Origin: an uncultured Lachnospiraceae bacterium
Lineage (GTDB): Bacteria; Bacillota; Clostridia; Lachnospirales; Lachnospiraceae
Reading direction: 5' to 3'
Assembly: GCA_947631755.1 (NCBI GenBank)
Contig: CANRMO010000001.1
Span: forward strand, 1 to 47,000
Length of the DNA: 47,000 bases
The notes under the pieces were generated by a model. It was not told where the DNA came from. It made no database searches and worked only from the letters and a program-made list of their open reading frames with translations. A program made the translations under genes and the position numbers. This document shows, piece after piece, positions 6,845 to 16,989 of the stretch. The number at the start of each line of letters is the position of its first letter. Positions within the stretch are counted from its first letter, which is position 1.

Positions 6845-8092
6845 CTAAAACCCATATTCCGGATCTCCCGCCCGGATCTTCTTTTCCTCTCCGGTCTCCA
6901 TATTATAACACAGGTACTGGTCACCTTTCTCGCCATCTAAACCTTCTTTTCTTACATATATTAATGCATACGGAAAATCAATCCCCTCAAAAGCGGCGGT
7001 CTCCGCTGTGTACCCCTCCTGGTCCATATATTTTTTCGGAAATATCTTATCATGGACATTTTTCAGGTATTCGCTCAGTTCTTTTTCATATTTCAAGCCC
7101 GATGCGTCCTCCCCGGAACAAGTAAACAGAACATCCGCGATCTCCCCCTCGCTGCCATACAGGGCCACTCCCACATAAACCTGATCTCCATGGAAAAAGA
7201 GAGACGCAATCTGTATTTCCCTGTCCGCATACAGATCCATGCTGCCACGAATCTTCTCTCCTGTTAAAAAGAGTGTGTCCTCACCAGTCTCCATGTTATA
7301 GCGGCGTATATAGCCGCCGGCAGGAGAATCATAATAAATAATTCCCCCGTTTTTCCAAAACCCAGCGATAGGTGCCTGAACCGGAACCAGTGCCATTTCA
7401 CTTTTCGCGGCGTCATAGAAAAAGAGTTTTCCATAATCCATAAGCACAAGGCCATCTTTTTCCGACAAGTCCGTAACGTATGGGTCCGTGTCATCCTCTC
7501 CGCGGACTGCTTTTCCCGCATAAATATCCGCACCCTTTATTTCGCTGTTCTTTCCGTCTGCATACTCTACGCGCCTCACATTTTCATTCATCTCATCAAT
7601 ATAGACAACCGCATTTTCATCCGCATATAAGATGTAATTGATATCACTGGATGCACAGAGACGGACGGCATCGTCTACATCCACAGCGTCCGCTCCATTT
7701 TTTTCCGAAACCGGAGCACTCCACAGAGATGTGGTACCATCTTTCTCTTCTGTCGTGTAGACAATCCTCAAATCATCAACATAGACAAGCTCATAGATAC
7801 CCTCTACCGGAAATACTTTCACCAGTTCCCCGTCCAAATCGTATTGCACAAGTCCTTCCTGTCTCTCTCCCTGGATCACTTTTTCATCCGACTCCACCGA
7901 AACACCGTAACAATTGGCTGAATTAGAGAAAGCATAGGGCGGGTGGGTATTCATTTCCACCGCCGCGCCTGTTATAACCTGCAAACCGGATACACTGCTT
8001 TTGGATACTGTCCCGGGATTGCCGCATGCAGCCATATTCAGAGTAAGGCCTCCCAAAATAAGAAACAATATTGCTTTCCTGTTCACACTCAT
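6845..8092 (-). CDS. Lipoprotein of unknown function, possibly beta-propeller-like
   Basis: Start moved to ATG 8092 (GGAGG RBS); signal MSVNRKAILFLILGGLTLNMAA-C lipobox; beta-strand-rich acidic body. Confidence 0.75.
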   Translation of the reverse strand: MSVNRKAILFLILGGLTLNMAACGNPGTVSKSSVSGLQVITGAAVEMNTHPPYAFSNSANCYGVSVESDEKVIQGERQEGLVQYDLDGELVKVFPVEGIYELVYVDDLRIVYTTEEKDGTTSLWSAPVSEKNGADAVDVDDAVRLCASSDINYILYADENAVVYIDEMNENVRRVEYADGKNSEIKGADIYAGKAVRGEDDTDPYVTDLSEKDGLVLMDYGKLFFYDAAKSEMALVPVQAPIAGFWKNGGIIYYDSPAGGYIRRYNMETGEDTLFLTGEKIRGSMDLYADREIQIASLFFHGDQVYVGVALYGSEGEIADVLFTCSGEDASGLKYEKELSEYLKNVHDKIFPKKYMDQEGYTAETAAFEGIDFPYALIYVRKEGLDGEKGDQYLCYNMETGEEKKIRAGDPEYGF

Positions 8093-8099
8093 ATACCTC

Positions 8100-9035
8100 C
8101 TACTCATCAATCCGGATCCCTGCAAGCAACCCCGCGAGAGAAGTTGTCGCTTCCTCATCGTGGTACTCCAGGGAAACTCTCTGTTCCCCACCATCCCCGG
8201 AACCACCAAGCTCCGGCGCGATATCTTCCGCCTCTTTCATGCTGAGCCGGATCTTTCCCTCATCCACAGCGAGCACTTTTACTTTAACCCGCTGCCCAAG
8301 TTTCACGACTTCATTGGGAGAGTGGAGAAATTTATTGCAGATCTGGGAGATGTGGACCAGACCGGTGAGCCCGTCCCCGATATTCACAAAACAGCCGTAA
8401 GATTCAATGCGCTCAATCACGCCCTCCGTGATAAATCCTTTCTGCAGGGCATTCAGTTTCTTCTCCTGTTCAGCCGCCGCCCGGTCCCGCAAAACCTCTT
8501 TTACAGATAAGACTAACTTGTCCCTCTCTGGATCCGCTGTAATGACTACAGCCTCTACTGTCTCGCCCACAAACGAATCCACGTCTTCCACATACTGGAG
8601 CGAGAGCTGAGAGGCCGGGATAAATCCGCGGATCCCCTCGAGATAAGCTACCACTCCGGCATTTACACTCGTGAGCACCTTTACTGAAAAAATCGTCTTT
8701 TCCTCTTTCGCGCGGATCAGTTTCTCCCAGGCGTCCTCCGCCCTGGCCTCTTTCAGAGACAGAAGCACCCGGCCCTGGCCGTCGTCATTATCCAGTACCA
8801 CAGCCGTTAAAGAATCCCCGGTGCGAATCTCATCCATCGCGTGAAATGCAGGGTCATCACTGTACTCGCCCGCCGGGATCACGCCCTGTGAATACGTATT
8901 CAGATCCACAAGAACCTCTTCTTCCTCCACCGAAATAACCGTCCCTGTGACTTTATCGCCCTCTTTGAAACGGCGGAATCCCGCATTGATCTCATCCTCA
9001 AAATCTGCCATTGTCTCTTTCATTTCTTCACTCAT
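8100..9035 (-). CDS. S1 RNA-binding domain protein (short ribosomal protein S1-like, three S1 domains)
   Basis: GDKVTGTVISV, GIRGFIPASQLS, YGCFVNIGDGLTGLVHISQI motifs. Confidence 0.9.
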   Translation of the reverse strand: MSEEMKETMADFEDEINAGFRRFKEGDKVTGTVISVEEEEVLVDLNTYSQGVIPAGEYSDDPAFHAMDEIRTGDSLTAVVLDNDDGQGRVLLSLKEARAEDAWEKLIRAKEEKTIFSVKVLTSVNAGVVAYLEGIRGFIPASQLSLQYVEDVDSFVGETVEAVVITADPERDKLVLSVKEVLRDRAAAEQEKKLNALQKGFITEGVIERIESYGCFVNIGDGLTGLVHISQICNKFLHSPNEVVKLGQRVKVKVLAVDEGKIRLSMKEAEDIAPELGGSGDGGEQRVSLEYHDEEATTSLAGLLAGIRIDE

Positions 9036-10761
9036 TTTCCTGCCTCCCTTGATTATTCCTCATATGCTCATTCCACCAGGAATCATTCTTAAAATAATTT
9101 TCCACAATATCAAAACGCCGAAACACCGCTGCCATTGTTCGTCCATCTATTTCACTAAGATTATCTGTGTTAAAATATTTTGTCAAAAGTTCTGTCAGGC
9201 AAGTCTCTGCTCTCACATACAAATCCTCTTTATTATCTTCGAAATAAGTTTTTATATCATAAAAATTTATATGAGTCAATGCCCTTAATTCAATCTTATG
9301 CCACTGCAAAATCTGCTTTCCGATCATATAGGCAAGAAAATGCTGGCTAAACGGACGCGACGCCAGTATGTTACTATCCTCACATTTATGTTTGCGCCTG
9401 CTTCCACAATAGCGAAATATCAAAACCGCAATTATCATTTGAGCCGCATTCAGATCTTCAAAAATAATTGAATAATATTTATTAAAAAACTCGTTTCTTT
9501 TATATTTAGCCAAATGCGGCCGTTCCCGCCACACAGCAAGTACTGCCTCTGCCGCAACGGTAGACGGTATTGTGTTCGTACTACTAATACTCATTGAATT
9601 ATCTCGTTTCCGTTTATATAAATAACCTAAATCCTCCGCACTTTTTTCTATCAACACCTGAATTTCATCATTTGACTTTAAATCTCTGAAATCTACTGGA
9701 TTCTGGCTATTGGTTGCATAGGTAATATCCTGAATGATTCCTTCGTCAGCATTGACCTCATAAAGCCGGACCAATAGATAGACTTGTGAAAAATCAATGT
9801 CGGAATGCTCTTTCAATGTCTGCCAGATTGTCTTGCAGGTCTGTCCTCCATTGATTATCTGAAGCTGTTTGATTTTAACAATCCAGTTCTGCTCCTGTAA
9901 AGCATTATAACTAAACTTCTCACATATCATTGTAACGCCATTATTAAAGAAAAAGAAATTCGGACGTTTTTCACTATCTTCTAATGTTTGTATAATTCCA
10001 TCATTAACAGTATTTCTTCCAAGATAGCGCCGGATATTTTTTTCCAAAAGGCTGTCCCCGAATTGCTCCATCAGATTATAGATTTCTTTTACTGAAACGC
10101 GCCCGAGAATAACTCTGTTATAATTAAAATCTTCCTGCACCGCTTTTCCTGATAAAGAGATCTGCGTATCAATTGATTTCGAACGATTAACATAACTCAG
10201 TATATCGGAATGGCAAAAATGGACAAACTGGACTTGTTTTTGCCCTCCAAATGAATTTTGAATATGATTTTCTCCATCCTGGTTCCACGATAACCCATTA
10301 TTAAGCATCACAAACGTGACATAGGGAATTTGCCCATCTAATATAAAAGAACGAATTTCATTAACCTTCTCTTCGCTCTTAGGATTAAGCTTGATCTGCG
10401 TTGCCGGATCAAATACGCACTTTATAGTATTTACCGCCTTTTCAACAGCATTGGCCGGAAAATTACTGTCTTTATCCAAATTACGGGTATATTTCGATTG
10501 GAACAAAACAACATCTAACTGTGAATCCTGATTTTCAACAATGTAAGCAGCATCAAACCCCCCATCATTTCCTCCATCTGTAACCAGTCGCTCCGCCTCT
10601 ACAAGATCAATATCCAGATAGGCGGCTACTCCCAATAAGAGGAATGCTTTCGAGCGGTTTTTCTCCTGATCTTCATCTGAAAATAATTCCATGTTTTCTT
10701 CCAACATCTTATTTATCCTTTGATCTATAATCTGTTTTTCAACATTCATATTTTCCCTCAC
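9028..10761 (-). CDS. AIPR family (abortive infection phage resistance) protein with N-terminal Mrr-like nuclease motif; start may be ATG 10749
   Basis: DGGNDGGFD...LFQSKY N-terminal motif; NIRRYLG, FFFFNNGVT, QIINGGQT, ATNSQNPV..DLKSND core motifs; visibly AT-richer than flanks. Confidence 0.88.
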   Translation of the reverse strand: MRENMNVEKQIIDQRINKMLEENMELFSDEDQEKNRSKAFLLLGVAAYLDIDLVEAERLVTDGGNDGGFDAAYIVENQDSQLDVVLFQSKYTRNLDKDSNFPANAVEKAVNTIKCVFDPATQIKLNPKSEEKVNEIRSFILDGQIPYVTFVMLNNGLSWNQDGENHIQNSFGGQKQVQFVHFCHSDILSYVNRSKSIDTQISLSGKAVQEDFNYNRVILGRVSVKEIYNLMEQFGDSLLEKNIRRYLGRNTVNDGIIQTLEDSEKRPNFFFFNNGVTMICEKFSYNALQEQNWIVKIKQLQIINGGQTCKTIWQTLKEHSDIDFSQVYLLVRLYEVNADEGIIQDITYATNSQNPVDFRDLKSNDEIQVLIEKSAEDLGYLYKRKRDNSMSISSTNTIPSTVAAEAVLAVWRERPHLAKYKRNEFFNKYYSIIFEDLNAAQMIIAVLIFRYCGSRRKHKCEDSNILASRPFSQHFLAYMIGKQILQWHKIELRALTHINFYDIKTYFEDNKEDLYVRAETCLTELLTKYFNTDNLSEIDGRTMAAVFRRFDIVENYFKNDSWWNEHMRNNQGRQENE

Positions 10762-10805
10762 TCCTCTTCTTAGTTACTATATCCATCAAAAATAAGTCTC
10801 CCTTA

Positions 10806-11678
10806 TCAGGGAGCACGGTGAAGCATCATAAGCTCATCTGCAAGTGCCGCAAATTCCTTTAATCCCAGTTTTTCCCCACGGATGTCCGTGGGCAGCCCCA
10901 CAGCCTCAATGGCGTGGGCAGCCTCTTCTTTTGAAAAACCGAGGCCTCCATTGCCGATCCCATTTTGCAGGGTCTTCCGCCTTTGATTAAAGGAGGCCCG
11001 GATCAGCCGGAACATCAATTTTTCATCCGCCACCTCCACCGGCGCTCTGTCCCGGCAGTCCAGCCGGACTACCGCACTCCCCACATTCGGGCGGGGCATG
11101 AAACAATTCGGGGGGACATTTGCCGCCAGATAAGGAATCGCATAATACTGGATCGCCAGCGAGAGCGCACCATAATCTTTTGTCCCCGGCTCCGCCTGCA
11201 TGCGCTCCGCCACCTCTTTCTGCACCATGACAGTCACATTCGCCAGAGGAACGCGGCTCTCAAAAAGCTCCATAAGAATGGGGGTAGTGATGTAATAGGG
11301 CAGATTCGCCACAACTTTGACCGGCTTGCCCCCATTATACCGGTCCGCGATCTGCCATATATCCTGTTTCAGTATATCGCCGTGAATGATCTCTACATTG
11401 TCATACCCAGCCAGTGTCTCCTGCAGGATGGGAATGAGTTTTGCGTCAATCTCCACCGCGAGAACACGGTCCGCCCTCTCGCACAAATACTGGGTCATCG
11501 TGCCGATTCCCGGCCCGATCTCCAGCACAAAATCATCCGGCCCCACATCCGCCGCATCGATTATCTTGTCCAGCACATGGGGGTCAATGAGAAAATTCTG
11601 CCCGAATTTTTTTCGGAAATGAAATTCATGTTTTTGCAGGATCTTTATCGTCTCCCGCGGATTTCCCAGCTCTGCCAA
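10806..11678 (-). CDS. rsmA: 16S rRNA m6,2A dimethyltransferase RsmA/KsgA
   Basis: KKFGQNFL, VLEIGPGIG, VVANLPYYIT, QRRKTL. Confidence 0.97.
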   Translation of the reverse strand: MAELGNPRETIKILQKHEFHFRKKFGQNFLIDPHVLDKIIDAADVGPDDFVLEIGPGIGTMTQYLCERADRVLAVEIDAKLIPILQETLAGYDNVEIIHGDILKQDIWQIADRYNGGKPVKVVANLPYYITTPILMELFESRVPLANVTVMVQKEVAERMQAEPGTKDYGALSLAIQYYAIPYLAANVPPNCFMPRPNVGSAVVRLDCRDRAPVEVADEKLMFRLIRASFNQRRKTLQNGIGNGGLGFSKEEAAHAIEAVGLPTDIRGEKLGLKEFAALADELMMLHRAP

Positions 11679-11697
11679 CTCTCAATCCTCTCTGTCT

Positions 11698-12465
11698 CTA
11701 TGCCATCCCATACATCCGCCTGGCATTTTCTGCCGTGGCGCGGATGACCTCTTCCACTGTAATCTCCCTCAGTTCAGCAATCTTTTCCGCCACATAAACC
11801 AGATTGCCCGATTCATTGCGGGTTCCCCGGTGGGGTTCCGGCGCCAGGTAAGGACAGTCAGTCTCCAGCACAATGCGCTCCAGCGGGATTTCCTTTACTG
11901 TCCGCCTCAGCTTCTTTGAATTTTTAAATGTCACCACACCGCCGACTCCGATGTAAAACCCCATGTCCACATATTCTTTCGCCATCTCTGCGGAGTAAGA
12001 ATAACAGTGGATCACGCCCCCGCACTCATAGGCTTTCGTCTCCGTCAGAATTTCCATCGTCTCCGCCGCCGCGTCGCGGCTGTGGACAATAATCGGCAGG
12101 CCGGTCTCTCTCGCCAGTGCGATCTGGCGCACAAACCACTTTTTCTGCAGCGCGGGATCCGGCTCCGGCCAGTGGTAATCCAGGCCAATCTCACCGACAG
12201 CCACAACTTTCTCATGATCCGCATGCCCGCGGATCCAGTCCATATCCTGTTCCGTCAGCTCCCCCGTCTCACTGGGATGGACGCCAAGGGCCGCATAGAC
12301 AAAATCATATTTCTCCGCCAGCTCCAGGGCTGCCCTGCTCGAATCCATACTGGCGCCCACATTTACAACCCGACCCACTCCCCGGCCGCGCAGGCCGGAC
12401 AACAGCTCATCCCGGTCCTCATCATAAACTTCGTCATCGTAATGACAATGTGTGTCAATTATCAT
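11698..12465 (-). CDS. tatD: TatD family hydrolase
   Basis: IDTHCH, GVHP, VGEIGLDY, LETDCPYLAP; conserved position between metG and rsmA. Confidence 0.95.
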   Translation of the reverse strand: MIIDTHCHYDDEVYDEDRDELLSGLRGRGVGRVVNVGASMDSSRAALELAEKYDFVYAALGVHPSETGELTEQDMDWIRGHADHEKVVAVGEIGLDYHWPEPDPALQKKWFVRQIALARETGLPIIVHSRDAAAETMEILTETKAYECGGVIHCYSYSAEMAKEYVDMGFYIGVGGVVTFKNSKKLRRTVKEIPLERIVLETDCPYLAPEPHRGTRNESGNLVYVAEKIAELREITVEEVIRATAENARRMYGMA

Positions 12466-12506
12466 TGGGAATGTCCTCTCCTTCCCGCAAAATCGTATCT
12501 TATATA

Positions 12507-14471
12507 TCAGCAGATCTCTGCGCCCGCCGGCATATGTTTATCCGGCGTCATAAGAGCCAGATTCCCCTCTGCGTCCTCCGCACACAAAAGCATACCTTCC
12601 GAGAGCACGCCCGCCAGTTTGGCCGGTTTCAGATTGACAAGTACCATCACTTTTTTGCCGACCATATCTTCCGGCGAATAGTATTTCTTAATGCCGGACA
12701 CAATCTGTTTCACCTCACTGCCGACCCGCACCTTACTGCACAGGAGTTTTTTTGATTTCGGCACTTCCTCACAGGCAATGATCTCCCCTACCTGGAACTG
12801 CATTTTCATAAAATCATCAAACGCGATCTCCGGTTTTGCTTCTATATCAATTACATCTTCCGGCGCATCCTCCCCGCCGTCCGGGCTGTCCTTATCCTCT
12901 GCCCCCATCGCGGCGTGGATCTCTGCCAGCACTTCCTCCACGTCCATGCGGGCAAATAAAATCTCCGGTTTCTCCGTCACTTTTGTCCCAGATACATAAC
13001 GCTGCGACAGCAGCTCGTCCAGGGAACACCTCTCTGCGCCAATCTGGTTAAGGATTTTTTCCGCTGTCTCCGGCATAAAAGATTCCAGAAGAATAGTGCC
13101 GATGCGGATCCCTTCCATCAGATTATAGAGTACGGTAGCCAGGCGGTCTCTCTTTGCCTCATCCTTTGCCAGTATCCAGGGCTCCGTCTCATCAATATAT
13201 TTATTGCATCGCTTGTACAGCACAAAAATCTCCGTGATCGCGTCAGCTACCCGGAGCTTATCCATTTTTTCCGTAACTTTCCCCGGCGCCGCCTGCAGCA
13301 CCGCCATTAGATCCTCGTCCACACGGTCCGTAATACCTCTGTCTTCAACCACACCGTCAAAATATTTATTACTCATGGAAATGGTGCGGTTCACGAGGTT
13401 GCCCAGAGTATTGGCGAGATCCGAATTCATGCGCTCAACCATCAGTTCCCAGGAAATAATACCGTCATTTTCAAATGGCATCTCATGCAGCACAAAATAG
13501 CGGACCGCATCTACCCCGAAACGCTCTGCCAGATCATCTGCATAGATCACATTTCCCTTCGACTTACTCATCTTGCCATCGCCCTGCAAAAGCCACGGGT
13601 GGCCGAACACCTGCTTTGGCAGCGGCAGATCCAGCGCCATCAAAATGATCGGCCAGTAGATCGTGTGGAAACGGATGATGTCCTTTCCGATCAAATGAAG
13701 ATCCGCCGGCCAGAACTTCTCATAAAGATCGCCGTGCCCGCCGTCGGCGTCATAACCGAGGCCGGTGATATAGTTACTGAGGGCGTCCAGCCACACATAC
13801 ACAATATGGCCCGGGTCAAAATCCACAGGAATCCCCCATGTAAAACTGGTCCGGGACACGCACAGATCCTGCAGCCCGGGTTTCAGAAAATTATTGACCA
13901 TCTCATTCTTCCGGGACTCCGGCTGAATAAACTCCGGGTGGTCCTCAATATGTTTCATCAGGCGGTCCTGATATTTGCTCAGTTTCAGAAAATATGCCTC
14001 TTCTCTGGCCGGCTGGCACTCGCGCCCGCACTCCGGGCACTTGCCGTCCACAAGCTGGGACTGGGTATAGAAAGACTCGCAGGGAGTGCAGTACATCCCT
14101 TCATAAAATCCCTTATAAATATCGCCTTTATCGTATAACTTTTTAAAAATCTTCTGGATCTGTCTCTCATGGTCAGCATCGGTAGTCCGGATAAACTTAT
14201 CATAAGAAGTGTTCATCAGATCCCAGATCCGTTTCACCTCGCCGGAAACATTGTCTACAAGCTCTTTCGGGGAAATGCCCAGCTCTTCCGCCTTGAGCTG
14301 GATCTTTTGCCCGTGCTCATCCGTCCCCGTCTGAAACCGGACGTCGTACCCCTGGAAACGGCGGTAGCGCGCGATGGCATCCGCCAGCACAATTTCGTAT
14401 GTGTTGCCGATGTGCGGTTTGCCCGATGTATAGGCAATGGCCGTCGTCAGATAATATGGCTTTTTCTCCAT
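12507..14471 (-). CDS. metG: Methionine--tRNA ligase with C-terminal tRNA-binding OB domain
   Basis: HIGN, GTDEHGQKI, zinc knuckle, YVWLDAL, KMSKS. Confidence 0.98.
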   Translation of the reverse strand: MEKKPYYLTTAIAYTSGKPHIGNTYEIVLADAIARYRRFQGYDVRFQTGTDEHGQKIQLKAEELGISPKELVDNVSGEVKRIWDLMNTSYDKFIRTTDADHERQIQKIFKKLYDKGDIYKGFYEGMYCTPCESFYTQSQLVDGKCPECGRECQPAREEAYFLKLSKYQDRLMKHIEDHPEFIQPESRKNEMVNNFLKPGLQDLCVSRTSFTWGIPVDFDPGHIVYVWLDALSNYITGLGYDADGGHGDLYEKFWPADLHLIGKDIIRFHTIYWPIILMALDLPLPKQVFGHPWLLQGDGKMSKSKGNVIYADDLAERFGVDAVRYFVLHEMPFENDGIISWELMVERMNSDLANTLGNLVNRTISMSNKYFDGVVEDRGITDRVDEDLMAVLQAAPGKVTEKMDKLRVADAITEIFVLYKRCNKYIDETEPWILAKDEAKRDRLATVLYNLMEGIRIGTILLESFMPETAEKILNQIGAERCSLDELLSQRYVSGTKVTEKPEILFARMDVEEVLAEIHAAMGAEDKDSPDGGEDAPEDVIDIEAKPEIAFDDFMKMQFQVGEIIACEEVPKSKKLLCSKVRVGSEVKQIVSGIKKYYSPEDMVGKKVMVLVNLKPAKLAGVLSEGMLLCAEDAEGNLALMTPDKHMPAGAEIC

Positions 14472-14537
14472 TTCGTCTTATACCTCCAATTTACGTCATA
14501 GTCATAATCCTTATTTTATGTAAAATGGAGGAAGTTG

Positions 14538-15356
14538 TCAAGACAAGGCTTCCGGACGCTGCTCTTTCTTTTCCCTGAGTTTCCGGGCGAGAAATAAAGC
14601 GGCGGCCAGGAGGACAAGGTTTGCCAGGGCGACCGAAAAAATATCCCCCACGGAAATATCCACATTTGGACTGTCCGGGATCTCAAAAAAGAGTATTGGC
14701 AGACTCCCGGCCAGATTCGTTACCGTGTGATAGCATGCGACAACCCATATATTTCTTACCCTCAGATAGAGGACCGCCCAGAATATCCCGCTGTAAGTGG
14801 CAGTGATCACCTGTGAGATTGTGCTGTTCACCATCTGATCCTGTAGATTAAAAAAATGTGTCAGTCCGAAGATCAGACTGCTGACAAACACCGCCGCCAT
14901 CTTTCCTGCGAACCTATGTTCCCCAAAACCAGCCAGTAAAGACTTTAAGAGCAGCCCCCGGAATAAAAACTCCTCAAAAATCCCCACGAAAATCTCTGTG
15001 GCGATAACCGCTGCCACCGCGCCGAAAGCCGGCATCACTACCGGATATTCCAAATTTTCCGCTATGATCACATAGGTATTTAAGACCGTCACAAAAATCA
15101 TGAAACCGCCCGTCAGCATACCGTGGAGGAAATTCTTTTTCCCCAGCCCGAGCTCCCGCAGGCCAAACATCTTGTGGTAAACGGCCAGGGCTGCTGCCGT
15201 GGCCAGCACCCTGCCAATATCATTCGCGCGCTGCTCCCCGAGACCTGCCCTCTCAAACAGCGCCTCCATCAGCATAAAAACAAGAAAAACTCCGACAGCG
15301 GCAGCTAACCCGCACACGCCCATATAACACCGTTTTTTTGTTGTGATCTCTCTCAT
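14538..15356 (-). CDS. CPBP (CAAX/Abi) family intramembrane metalloprotease
   Basis: Multiple TM helices; EEFLFRG, FGLTH, YHTVTN motifs. Confidence 0.9.
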   Translation of the reverse strand: MREITTKKRCYMGVCGLAAAVGVFLVFMLMEALFERAGLGEQRANDIGRVLATAAALAVYHKMFGLRELGLGKKNFLHGMLTGGFMIFVTVLNTYVIIAENLEYPVVMPAFGAVAAVIATEIFVGIFEEFLFRGLLLKSLLAGFGEHRFAGKMAAVFVSSLIFGLTHFFNLQDQMVNSTISQVITATYSGIFWAVLYLRVRNIWVVACYHTVTNLAGSLPILFFEIPDSPNVDISVGDIFSVALANLVLLAAALFLARKLREKKEQRPEALS

Positions 15357-15409
15357 ATTCTCCTCCGTTCCGGAGCGCTATACGCCATTCTCTCTTTCCG
15401 GGGAACAAT

Positions 15410-15976
15410 CTACTGGCCGCTCCTGAGTTTCAAAAGCAGCCCGTCATATACATTGCTGATTATTTCCTGAATCTCTTCATCTGAAAAACCGCAGTGGTTC
15501 GTGGCGATCATTGTCGCAATGCCGTGGGCGGCAAACAGCGTGCCCACATAGAGCGACTGTGCCGCCCTGAGCGGCAGGCCGGTCTCTCTTTTCATCGCCT
15601 CCACAATTGTCTGGTTGATCCCCACGCCGGTAAATTCCTGTGTCCGGTTATACCCCAGCCGGTCAGACATATGGAGCAGCCGGAAACACTGCTTTTCATT
15701 CCGCGCATAGTGGATATACGCCATCAGAAGCCCGTCTAAAGAATCCTCCTGCGCCATTCCGTTTAACAGATACTGCTGATACTCCTGCGAGATTTCGGCA
15801 AACACCCGTTTTTTCAGTTCCTCCATGCCGGCAAACACACGAAAGATCGGCTGCACAGAACACCCCAGCACACTGGCAAGACCTCTGGCATTCAATGCCT
15901 TCATCCCGCTCTCCCGGACAATTCCGACCGCACCCTCTACAATCTGTTCCTCCGTTATCCGAATTTTAGGCGGCAT
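15410..15976 (-). CDS. TetR/AcrR family transcriptional regulator
   Basis: MPPKIRITEEQI...LNARGLASVLGCSVQPIFRVF HTH; start moved to ATG 15976 after GAGGAG. Confidence 0.9.
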   Translation of the reverse strand: MPPKIRITEEQIVEGAVGIVRESGMKALNARGLASVLGCSVQPIFRVFAGMEELKKRVFAEISQEYQQYLLNGMAQEDSLDGLLMAYIHYARNEKQCFRLLHMSDRLGYNRTQEFTGVGINQTIVEAMKRETGLPLRAAQSLYVGTLFAAHGIATMIATNHCGFSDEEIQEIISNVYDGLLLKLRSGQ

Positions 15977-16000
15977 AGCTCTCTCCTCTTCTCTTATTTG

Positions 16001-16063
16001 AAACATTTGTTACATAACCAATGTTATTAATTAAATTATAATACAACAAAGCCCACAGTGCAA
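16001..16063 (-). promoter_or_regulatory. Promoter TTGCAC-N17-TATAAT followed by two tandem palindromic operator candidates
   Basis: -35 at 16058-16063, -10 at 16035-16040; ATAACCAATGTTAT (16014-16027) and AAACATTTGTTA (16001-16012). Confidence 0.65.
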
Positions 16064-16093
16064 GTATGGTTTTCACTATATAAATCCACCCTC

Positions 16094-16972
16094 TCATTCT
16101 GCTAATTCGCCGGACAGCTCCCTGATCTGCCGGATTTCTTCCCGATAAGGGGGATAAGATTTTTTCTTATCCTCCGGATCTTTATAATAGGGAGTCTCAA
16201 GGATCTTCGGCACATTTTCAAACCGCGGATCGCAGATCACATTCATCAGCGCGTCTGCACCAATATGGCCTCTGCCGAAATTTTCATGCCGGTCCTTGGC
16301 AGCTCCCCTCTCATTTTTGCTGTCATTAATATGAAAGGCGGCAATCTGATCCAGTCCAAGGACCCGGTCAAATTCCTCCATCACTCCCTCATAATCATTT
16401 ACCAGGTCATAACCGGCGTCATTTGTATGACAGGTATCAAAACAGACACGCAGTTTTTCCGGATATCTGCACCCATCATAAATTGCCCGGAGTTCCTCAA
16501 ACGAGCGGCCGATCTCACTGCCTTTGCCAGCCATCGTCTCCAGCGCGACATACACCGGCGTGTCCGCCGTCAGCACCTCATTCAGCCCCTCCGTGATCTT
16601 AGCGGTTCCCGCCTCCGTCCCAGCCCCCACGTGGGAGCCGGGATGCAGAACCAGAACCTCCGCCCCCATGGCGGCCGTCCGCTCAATCTCTTTTGCGAGA
16701 AATTCTACCGCCAGCGTATAGGTCTCCGGCTTTATTGTATTAGCCAGGTTGATGATGTAAGGCGCGTGCACGATAAAATTGTACATATCATTCTCTTCCA
16801 TAAGGGCGCGGGCCGCGGGGATATTCAGCTCTGATACCTCCTTGCGGCGGGTGTTCTGGGGCGCACCGGTATAGACCATAAATGTATTGGCGCCGTAAGA
16901 CAGCGCCTCCTTAACAGAATTGAGCAGCATATCCTTTCCGCTCATCCCCACATGAGAACCGATGATCAGCAT
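16094..16972 (-). CDS. nfo: Endonuclease IV
   Basis: [42 protein letters not shown]. Confidence 0.96.
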   Translation of the reverse strand: MLIIGSHVGMSGKDMLLNSVKEALSYGANTFMVYTGAPQNTRRKEVSELNIPAARALMEENDMYNFIVHAPYIINLANTIKPETYTLAVEFLAKEIERTAAMGAEVLVLHPGSHVGAGTEAGTAKITEGLNEVLTADTPVYVALETMAGKGSEIGRSFEELRAIYDGCRYPEKLRVCFDTCHTNDAGYDLVNDYEGVMEEFDRVLGLDQIAAFHINDSKNERGAAKDRHENFGRGHIGADALMNVICDPRFENVPKILETPYYKDPEDKKKSYPPYREEIRQIRELSGELAE

Positions 16973-16989
16973 AGAAAGTTCCTCCTTCT

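Noticed and set aside
10965-14501. Long plus-strand ORFs opposite rsmA, tatD and metG (and similar shadows elsewhere)
   Set aside because: Antisense shadows of well-conserved genes with no motifs or RBS.
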